Source: Hormiphora californensis (Eukaryota > Animalia > Ctenophora). From it: a stretch of DNA of 64,000 nt. The notes under the pieces were generated by a model. It was not told the DNA's origin. It was given only the letters and a program-made list of their open reading frames with translations, and searched no databases. Position numbers and translations under genes: made by a program. Shown here piece after piece: positions 55,839 to 64,000 of the stretch. Within the stretch, counting starts at the first letter, position 1. The number at the start of each line of letters is the position of its first letter. The stretch covers positions 1,798,001 through 1,862,000 of the forward strand of contig CM035360.1 of NCBI GenBank assembly GCA_020137815.1, given 5' to 3'.

Positions 55839-58800
55839 ATGACTCTCTTTGTTTTCGTGTGTTACGTAGTTGTCGTCGCTAGAGGACTTTTCGATGATAA
55901 CGATGGTGGGTGTCCGGTAGCAGTCGACAATGGGTTTTTGGTTAGGTCATGCCAAGACCAAGAAGTTTCATCCTGGCATGGCTTTCTTATGAAATGCCTT
56001 AACTCTTCCACCATGTACTACAAAAAGTTTACACTTGACATTTCCGACAGAAAAATAAAACCCTATGTAACGACTTTGTGCCCTAACGATTCTATCCAGT
56101 ATCAGGCTTGCGGGAGTGGCAGTTTCGTGCCCTTGTACGATCCCGCTATAAACCTCTTCCAAACATCCCCCGTGTGTGGGAAGTTGTGTTACGAACATGA
56201 CATGGATATGTACGGGTTTCACATGTCATCTCAAACATGTCCCGGGGCTCATAATTATAGTCATGGTCGAGTTAGGAAAACCATCTCCACCGTTGAGGGC
56301 GACATTATTACGATCTTGATTAAAGAAGGAGGCATATGTGACGGTCGTTGTGATGAAGTGGAGCTGGAAGAAAACATAGCGGCACCTACGTTGACATGTG
56401 TCGATGAAAAATCTTGCGATGGATATAATTATGGGGCTGTCATGGCTAAGCAAGAATATTTTTATGTCTTTACTCCCTTCAACGATTTACTCGAACTGAT
56501 AGGTTCTATGAAAAAATCTAAGAATAACACTTGTGCTGATTTTCCGCTTCATAACGCATCACGTTGCTTTATTCCCTTACCACTGCACTCAACTAAATAT
56601 CTAATTAGTTATGATGGTGTATCTTATTGTCATGACGGTTTAGACCAGACAAACTGTTCGGATCCAGCTAAGATCGCCGGTTCGTGCCTTATCGGCGGAT
56701 ATCTCTCTACAGTTTCCATTTATATTCTCTGTCAGGAGAAGTCAATGTTGTGTGATGATGATATGCACAAAAAGTGCCCAACGATTAACCGGTATTGCAC
56801 CATTCATAAGCATCAGTTATGCAATGGGCAAGATGATTGTGCTATGGGTGCAGATGAGCGGAAGGCGACGTGTCTTAAGCTCACCCAACGATCGTGTGTT
56901 CGTAGTTTTAGCCAAAATCAGGGTATTCTTAGGATTCCAGTGGACTGGGTCCAGGATGGAGATGTAGACTGTCTTGACGGGATAGATGAAAAGGCTAACT
57001 GGCAAACGTGCGGCAAAGGCATCAGGAGGACAATTAAATGGTCAACTAAGAAATGTACCAATGTCTTCCTCTGCAAACATAACATGGAAAAATTTTTAGA
57101 GGCCACCCTTTTATGTTCCTTTCCCTCAAACTGTGACGAAGAAGTGTGCCGCATGGCTAAAAGCAGGCCACAAATATCAAAACAGATGCTTAGCACCAGC
57201 CTAACAGAAGGAATAAAACTCAAGAGTTCAGTTTGCACAAAAGGCATTCAATCTATCCTTCTTCTCACAGACCAAATTTGTCGATCTAAAACGTTCCATC
57301 ATCCCTTCCATCTGTTCTTCGGTAAAAACTTTACAACCAAATTAGTTTTTCTGACTACAAAACGCGATTGTAGGTACTTGTACGGTGAAGCATATGTGTT
57401 TTACAGCTGTTCAGGACTTTGCTACAACACACCGTGTCCCTTGAAAAGACCCATCCTTCATAACACTTGTAGCAACCTCAGAAACACCTTTTATTCTCTC
57501 AACTTCGAGCTTGGCTCAATTACCGTTGTACAAAAGTCTCGTGAACGGTTCCACAACAACTTCTTTGTTTGTAAAAACACAAAATGCGTCCTGTTTGAGA
57601 AGGTGTGCGATCTTGTTGATGACTGTGGGGACAGGTCCGACGAGGAGGAATGTACGAACAACTTCCAGTGTTCTGATAAGTCCGGATTCTTAGCTTTGAG
57701 TCAGAAGTGTGATGGAAAGATTGACTGCAAGGACTTCTCTGATGAATGTAATGAGAGTTGTAGGAGGAAAGCTGTAAACAGTAATGCCATTTTGGGAGTT
57801 GCCTTTGTCATGGGAATTACAGGGTTCGTTTTTGGAATTGGTGGACTTATTAAGAACACCAAACAGAAGTCGGAAAAGAGTGGCGAATTCATCAATCAAG
57901 CCATGGTCCTGATGATTTCGTTTGGAGATCTACTGACATCTGTTTATCTCCTTACCCTCACTATAATCCACTGGATCCACGGTTCCGGGTTCTGTGAGTA
58001 TCAAATTGAATGGATTAGTGGAGCCCCTTGTACCATCATTGGAGTTTTGAATAGCATTGGATCATCCATTTCTTCACTTGTGATGGCCTTAGCCAGCTGC
58101 TTCCGACTCCATGGTACAGTAATGGCCCTTCGATACCGCCGTTCAAAGAAGGTTACTCTGAAGCTGAAGATAAATTTAGGTGCATTACTCGCAGTCGTCA
58201 CATCGATATCTTTAGCAGTATCTACTTTTCCATTGTTCGACACTTTCAATGAATGGTTTGTCAATGGACTAGTCTTTGAAAGAGGCTTTACACTATTTCT
58301 TGGAGTGATGGATAAAAGTCAACTGCTGAAGATTGTTCGGGGTTACCATGGAAGCCACGAAACCAGACGAAGTCAGTCCGACAACACTGTGTCTTGGAAC
58401 ACATATCAAGAAATGATTTCTGAGATGTTTTCCAAGGATTATGATCCGGTAAGGGGCAAAAGGCTGTCTTTCTACGGTAACGACCCAGCGTGTATGTTTA
58501 AGGCATTTGTCCTGTCGGATGACCCACAAGTTCTTTTCGTATGGGCATACCTCAGCTTCCATTTTCTCTGCTTTTTATGTGTAGCGATATGCCATGGGAT
58601 GATTGCAGTTCTCGTTAAAAGATCACATATCCAAAGTACCAGGACGTCCAGCTCACTCAATTGCAATGTCTCTTTGATCTGCCTAACTGATTTTTGCTGC
58701 TGGATGCCCTTCCTTATCTGCTGCATCCTCCACACAGCTGAGGTTGTTGATATGTCACCATGGTACCAGATCTTCTCCCTTAACATTCTCCCCCTCAACT

Positions 58801-59030
58801 CTGTACTGAATCCCGTTTTGTACAGTGGTGTAGTAGCAACGATTTGGAACTACTTTAATAGTGACCAAAATGCTGATGGCGCTCGTGATGTTGCGCCTGA
58901 TATCACTCCTAAAGATTTTTCTAAAGATGCTCCTGAAGATGCTCCTGATGTTGCTCCTGAAGATGCTCCTAAAGATGCTCCTGATGTTGCTCCTGAAAAT
59001 GTTTCTGATGTTTCCCCTTATTTACCTTAA
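55839..59030 (+). CDS. Intronless rhodopsin-class GPCR with an LDL-receptor class A repeat ectodomain (GRL101/LGR-like, no visible LRRs)
   Basis: Signal peptide; LDLa motifs CNGQDDCAMGADE, DGDVDCLDGIDE, CDLVDDCGDRSDE and CDGKIDCKDFSDE; 7TM with FGDLLTSVYL, LTDFCCWMPF and LPLNSVLNPVLYS. Confidence 0.92.
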   Translation: MTLFVFVCYVVVVARGLFDDNDGGCPVAVDNGFLVRSCQDQEVSSWHGFLMKCLNSSTMYYKKFTLDISDRKIKPYVTTLCPNDSIQYQACGSGSFVPLYDPAINLFQTSPVCGKLCYEHDMDMYGFHMSSQTCPGAHNYSHGRVRKTISTVEGDIITILIKEGGICDGRCDEVELEENIAAPTLTCVDEKSCDGYNYGAVMAKQEYFYVFTPFNDLLELIGSMKKSKNNTCADFPLHNASRCFIPLPLHSTKYLISYDGVSYCHDGLDQTNCSDPAKIAGSCLIGGYLSTVSIYILCQEKSMLCDDDMHKKCPTINRYCTIHKHQLCNGQDDCAMGADERKATCLKLTQRSCVRSFSQNQGILRIPVDWVQDGDVDCLDGIDEKANWQTCGKGIRRTIKWSTKKCTNVFLCKHNMEKFLEATLLCSFPSNCDEEVCRMAKSRPQISKQMLSTSLTEGIKLKSSVCTKGIQSILLLTDQICRSKTFHHPFHLFFGKNFTTKLVFLTTKRDCRYLYGEAYVFYSCSGLCYNTPCPLKRPILHNTCSNLRNTFYSLNFELGSITVVQKSRERFHNNFFVCKNTKCVLFEKVCDLVDDCGDRSDEEECTNNFQCSDKSGFLALSQKCDGKIDCKDFSDECNESCRRKAVNSNAILGVAFVMGITGFVFGIGGLIKNTKQKSEKSGEFINQAMVLMISFGDLLTSVYLLTLTIIHWIHGSGFCEYQIEWISGAPCTIIGVLNSIGSSISSLVMALASCFRLHGTVMALRYRRSKKVTLKLKINLGALLAVVTSISLAVSTFPLFDTFNEWFVNGLVFERGFTLFLGVMDKSQLLKIVRGYHGSHETRRSQSDNTVSWNTYQEMISEMFSKDYDPVRGKRLSFYGNDPACMFKAFVLSDDPQVLFVWAYLSFHFLCFLCVAICHGMIAVLVKRSHIQSTRTSSSLNCNVSLICLTDFCCWMPFLICCILHTAEVVDMSPWYQIFSLNILPLNSVLNPVLYSGVVATIWNYFNSDQNADGARDVAPDITPKDFSKDAPEDAPDVAPEDAPKDAPDVAPENVSDVSPYLP

Positions 59031-59293
59031 GATGCTCCTGATGTCCCTCTTGAAGATGCTGATATCGCCCCTGGAAGTTATCAACGGTGATGCATTTCTG
59101 CTAAAAGCCCCCAATCATTACCTTACCTACAGTTCCCGAACAGGTTCCGACTCACGAATGAACAGCAAAACAATCACGTATAGCCTGAGAATGGTTCAGT
59201 GGACACATTAGACTCTAAGCTATGTTCTTTTGATTGGAATGTGCGGAGCAAGGAAGCAGTGCCAAGCGACTTAACTTTTGATTACATAAATGG

Positions 59294-59508
59294 TAGGGTA
59301 GCGACTGGCTACTTGAAATGGCGGTTAATTTGAAATACCCCCTCTACAGGCCAGCAGGTGCACCAGATTTGGATTTTAGACATCAGTGGGCTTGATGTGA
59401 GTTCTGACTAGCCCACTGATGTCTAAAAATCCAAATCTAGTGTACCTGCTGGCCTGTAGAAGGTTGTTTCAAATTAGCCGCCATTTCAAATCGCCAGTCG
59501 CTACCCTA
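59294..59508. mobile_element. Palindromic MITE
   Basis: tagggtagcgactggc...gccagtcgctacccta, arms about 100 bp. Confidence 0.85.
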
Positions 59509-59749
59509 TACAGCTTTATTTCTTTCCTTGTTTGAAGTTGTACATAAAAATTGTGTTCCTTCTGAAGATGCTAGTTTGATCGTGCAAATTTTACGTTTAC
59601 TTTCAAACTGAAACTGTTTTTTCTTCTTGTACTACACCTTCTAACGGTGTTCTCCATAGCAGAGAAATTTCTCTCTCTTAGTATTTCTATCTATCTCTCT
59701 TTTCCCACGGTCGTTAGGGCTAAAGTAAGGTTTGGGGTTAGGGCTGGGG

Positions 59750-60273
59750 CTAGTGGGAGACACTAGCGTGGTAAGCGCAAAAAAATGCGTGCAACACCAA
59801 TTTCTTTTTTCAAAAAACACGCAAGAAAAAGTTTTTCAACATCGACTTTTCGCGTTTTTGCTCATAACTCCTGTTCCTGTTAAGATAAAGACTTCAAACC
59901 TTCGCCATTCGATGGGGCTTGAAATTCCCTTTCTAACGGTATGCAAACGATTTCTGTAGCTCATCAGGAACCGGAGATATGATCAATTATGATAATACCG
60001 AAGGAAACTTACGCGGTTATTATCATAAGTGATCATATCTCCGGTTCCTGTATGAGCTACAGAAATCGTTTGGGTACCGTTGGAAAGGGAATTTCAAGCC
60101 CCATCGAATGGCGAAGGTTTGAAGTTTTTATCTTATCAGGAACAGGAGTTATGAGCCAAAACGTGAAATGTCGATCTTGAAAAGCTTTTTCTTGTGTGTT
60201 TTTTAAAAAACGAAATTGGTGTGGCGCACATTTTTTTGCTGCGTACCACGTGCACGCTAGTGTCTCCCACTAG
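59750..60273. mobile_element. Foldback MITE (arms about 250 bp), present only in duplication unit 2
   Basis: ctagtgggagacactagcgtg...cacgctagtgtctcccactag; absent at about 53210. Confidence 0.85.
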
Positions 60274-60681
60274 GCTGGGGTTAGGGCTTGACATTTCCTA
60301 TCAGATAAACTTTGGATTAGCCAAAACGGTTGAGTTAGCCGTTAGACACTGTGTCTATAGCAGAGATGTCAGGCGGCAGGCCCATCGGCAGGAACTACAG
60401 ACAGCAGGGGATAATACTGGATCACACCAAGTCGAGTTGTTCCAGTTCAAAGCAAAGGTAGAAATAGAAATAGAAAACAGAAATTGAAGCCGAAATATGC
60501 GACTGTGGCCTTCTTTGTCCAAGTAAGAAGAGAATATATAGATCGTACATATGACCACCGAGCAAGCATCGTACACACATCGCGAAACCCAGAGATTTGC
60601 GAGCATGCACGTAACAGGCCCCCGATGGGGCGGTCATGTGTAACGGTCAAGACCCACTAACACACGCCCTCAAACAGAAGT

Positions 60682-61968
60682 TCATGGTTGTGTATTGCAC
60701 GCTTGATCTGATGCCCATGAATCTCTAAGAAGTTTACAGTTCTTGAGGAGTCGGTTAAGATGCAGTGGTGCGATGGCGAATCTTAGTGACTCAGGGAGTG
60801 TATCTCGGATATGGGAGTATGCTGGACATGTGGTGATGACGTGTTCCTCGTTCTCAAGTATTGATTCAGGGAACGGGAGGTTGTCAAGAAGCCGTCGGTT
60901 CGAGTCATCACAGCAAAATCTACAGTGTTTAGGCTGGTTAGATTGTGAGTATCTCGAGGTCTCGATTCTGAGATCGTGGGCACTGACTCTGATTTTGCTA
61001 ACCTCCATTCTGTCGGCTCTTTTTATGTTCAAATAATCCTCGAGGCCGTAACTTGATTGAACCGAGTTGTAGAAGTGCATTTTAGACTGGTTCTGGCGAA
61101 GTGATTCCCAGTGGGTAACCATCTGATGTTCCATGGTTTGCCTTGCAGGGCCGTTATCACTATGAAGTTTATTCCAGAAGGTGTACCAGTCCAGTTCCAG
61201 AGTTTTCTGCTCCTTTGCTGCTAGACCTAGAAGTGAGTCTTCATCGCCACACTTGGACATGACCCTGGCAAAGTATTGGAGGCATTGGTTCAGTACGGTG
61301 ATCGAAATTGGTGCTCTACCAGTCTCCCCGTAACAAGCGGTGTTGGTGCTCTTTTTGTGGACCCCAAGTGCCCATTTGATGAATTTGAGTTGAACTTTTT
61401 CGAAGGGGTCCGCGGTTATCCGCTTCATGTACGTTTCACAGTTAGTAGGCGTAGAGTGGAGCACCTTTGCAGATTCGGAATACGGGAGCCAGATTGGGCA
61501 GCTGTATGTGATGATGGGGGTTATTAGAGCGTCAAAAAGCTTGAACGCTGCCCAAGCCGAGAGGGCGTCTCCATTCACTGTTTTCCTCAGAAGAAAGACT
61601 GCTTTACTCCCTTTGGTGGAGAGGTTAGTAATTGCTGTCTTCATACTTCCGCTGGCAGAGAATACAATTCCCAGATAAGTGTACTCTTTTACCGAATCAA
61701 GTATTTTACCGAGTAGCTGGAATCCATGGCTGTCCTTCAGAACTCTGCCGGAAGGATTGAAGACTAGGATCTTGGTCTTTTCTATGTTTATCTCTAACTC
61801 CCAGGTGGAAGAGTAATTTCCCAAGATAGAGAGGAGGCTATCCATCGAACTTTTATTGAGTGATAGCAGCACTATGTCGTCAGCCCATAAGAGGTGGTTG
61901 ACGTCGACGCCCCCTAGTACTGGAAATAGTCCTTTCACGTTGTATAGGAGTTTGGGTATCCAAATCAA
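60682..61968 (-). mobile_element. 5'-truncated RTE-X-like LINE, open copy
   Basis: LLWADDIVL, INIEKTK, YTYLGI, LGVHKKSTNTACYGETGR, SAHDLRIETSRY and CRFC...EEHVITTC. Confidence 0.88.
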
Positions 61969-62668
61969 TTAGCGGGTTTGGTTTGGTTAGGGTTGCTCAT
62001 CTGGGACAGTAAACAGTCACACAGCCAAGTCTCGCCAACCAGCCAAGAAAGCATAGTGCCGAATCGATGCGGATCATCCTTTTGCTACCAGATTGTCTTC
62101 TGTCTAATGGTCCCAGCCACATCATATACAGTGGCATGGCAGGTAGTATGTGAGATCTGATCCTTAGTGTAATGATCTGATCCTGGGTGGGTTGATCTGC
62201 GATCCAATCTAATGACGGATATTTTTGGCCTAATCAACATTTTACATGCATGATCAAGTTTAACCCCTTTTCGCATCATGATATAGTAAACAATGTTTAC
62301 TAAACATGTTAACTCCGTCCTGCCTTATAATAGGGGCAATAGATTTTAAGTTGGGAAGAGGGGTCAGCCTTACCACTAGAACACTGAAAATTTAGAATTT
62401 ATTCTTCCAAACTTTTCTGCCACTTTTATGTTCTTCATCCCTTGATCTTTTGTTCCTCTGAATGACGTTACTAACACCTCGTCGCTCAAGCACCTACTAG
62501 TATGCTAAGGTGTTGAATTCCAGTCTTGAATCTCGAATCTACCGCGTGGGCCAATAAAAAGGGAGGGTCTAAAATCTTAAATTTCTCTGTAGCTAACCTC
62601 TCGTGACACTTTCTCAATCCAGTGTTCTACCACAAACTTCGCTATGTTTTTGTAGCAGCTAAAATGAG

Positions 62669-64000
62669 ATGACTCTCTTTGTTTTCGTGTGTTACGTAGT
62701 TGTCGTCGCTAGAGGACTTTTCGATGATAACGATGGTGGGTGTCCGATAGCAGTCGACAATGGGTTTTTGGTTAGGTCATGCCAAGACCAAGAAGTTTCA
62801 TCCTGGGATGGCTTTCTTATGAAATGCCTTAACTCTTCCACCATGTACTACAAAAAGTTTACATTTGACATTTCCGACAGAAAAATGAAATCCTATGTAA
62901 CGACTTTGTGCCCTAACGATTCTATCCAGTATCAGGCTTGCGGAAGTGGCAGTTTCGTGCCCTTGTACGATCCCGCTATAAACCTCTTCCAAACATCCCC
63001 CGTGTGTGGGAAGTTGTGTTACGAACATGACATGGATATGTACGGGTTTCACATGTCATCTCAAACATGTCCCGGGGCTCATAATTATAGTCATGGTCGA
63101 GTTAGGAAAACCATCTCCACCGTTGAGGGCGACATTATTACGATCTTGATTAAAGAAGGAGGCATATGTGACGGTCGTTGTGATGAAGTGGAGCTGGAAG
63201 GAAACATAGCGGCACCTACGTTGACATGTGTTGATGAAAAATCTTGTAATGGATATAATTATGGGGCTGTGGCTAAGCAAGAATATGGTTATGTCTTTAC
63301 TCCCTTCAACGATTTACTCGAACTGATTTCTCTCTCTGTGATAAAGCCTAAGAATAACATGAACACTTGTTCTGATTTTCCGCTTCATAACGCATCACGT
63401 TGCTTTATTCCCTTACCACACTCAACTATATATCTATGTAGTTATGTTGGTGTATCTTATTGTCATGACGGTTTAGACCAGACAAACTGTTCGGATCCAG
63501 CAAAGATTGCCGGTTCGTGCCTTATCGGCGGATATCTCTCTACAGTTTCCGTTTATATTCTCTGTCAGGAGAAGTCAATGTTGTGTGATGATGATATGCA
63601 CAAAAAGTGCCCAACGATTAACCGGTATTGCACCATTCATAAGCATCAGTTATGCAATGGGCAAGATGACTGTGCTATGGGTGCAGATGAGCGGAAGGCG
63701 ACGTGTCTTAAGCTCACCCAACGATCGTGTGTTCGTAGTTTTAGCCAAAATCAGGGTATTCTTAGGATTCCAGTGGACTGGGTCCAGGATGGAGATGTAG
63801 ACTGTCTTGACGGGATAGATGAAAAGGCTAACTGGCAAACGTGCGGCAAAGGCATCAGGAGGACAATTAAATGGTCGACTAAGAAATGTACCAATGTCTT
63901 CCTCTGCAAACATAACATGGAAAATTTTTTAGAGGCCACCCTTTTATGTTCCTTTCCCTCAAACTGTGACGAAGAAGTGTGCCGCATGGCTAAAAGCAGG
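62669..64000 (+). CDS. Second LDLa-GPCR copy, 5' part (runs off the window)
   Basis: Near-identical to 55839 onward; the indels I saw are multiples of 3, so the frame appears to be kept. Confidence 0.88.
   Translation, partial: MTLFVFVCYVVVVARGLFDDNDGGCPIAVDNGFLVRSCQDQEVSSWDGFLMKCLNSSTMYYKKFTFDISDRKMKSYVTTLCPNDSIQYQACGSGSFVPLYDPAINLFQTSPVCGKLCYEHDMDMYGFHMSSQTCPGAHNYSHGRVRKTISTVEGDIITILIKEGGICDGRCDEVELEGNIAAPTLTCVDEKSCNGYNYGAVAKQEYGYVFTPFNDLLELISLSVIKPKNNMNTCSDFPLHNASRCFIPLPHSTIYLCSYVGVSYCHDGLDQTNCSDPAKIAGSCLIGGYLSTVSVYILCQEKSMLCDDDMHKKCPTINRYCTIHKHQLCNGQDDCAMGADERKATCLKLTQRSCVRSFSQNQGILRIPVDWVQDGDVDCLDGIDEKANWQTCGKGIRRTIKWSTKKCTNVFLCKHNMENFLEATLLCSFPSNCDEEVCRMAKSR

Larger units (their letters stand above)
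53177..64000. repeat. Tandem segmental duplication, period about 6.8 kb (second unit starts about 59713 and runs off the window)
   Basis: Collinear TIR fragment, LINE, upstream region and GPCR; ATGs at 55839 and 62669. Confidence 0.92.

Noticed and set aside
50627-61968. Reverse transcriptases as retron, DGR or defence systems
   Set aside because: Motifs, 5' truncation and simple-repeat tails identify ordinary non-LTR retrotransposons

Overview
Eukaryotic, intron-rich, transposon-dense animal DNA. It is most likely a ctenophore (Pleurobrachia-like); this is an inference from the intronless LDLa-repeat GPCRs and from small repeat families I recall in Pleurobrachia gene models. From left to right: a divergent multi-exon membrane-protein gene (possibly ionotropic-receptor-like, runs off the left edge); three paralogues of a small secreted protein, the first two separated by a roughly 9-kb nest of MITEs, Helitron remnants, a truncated L2 LINE and a 1.3-kb TTAA-inserted foldback; a co-oriented minus-strand run PTP > HDAC1/2 > KCTD-BTB > (CRE-like LINE) > SMYD > SMC3; an antisense Ig + EF-hand gene with two alternative 3' modules, nested in KCTD intron 1; an inverted pair of intronless genes fusing a degenerate amidohydrolase-like domain to uracil phosphoribosyltransferase; a second TE nest; and a roughly 6.8-kb tandem duplication carrying an RTE-X LINE fragment and an LDLa-7TM GPCR. 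Nearly every gene has a 3' splice acceptor 2-15 nt before its ATG, which suggests SL trans-splicing and possibly operons. Some stretches look like unpolished read sequence (about 40070-40570 and the GA/CT tracts). Exon coordinates were read by eye and may be off by a few bases.
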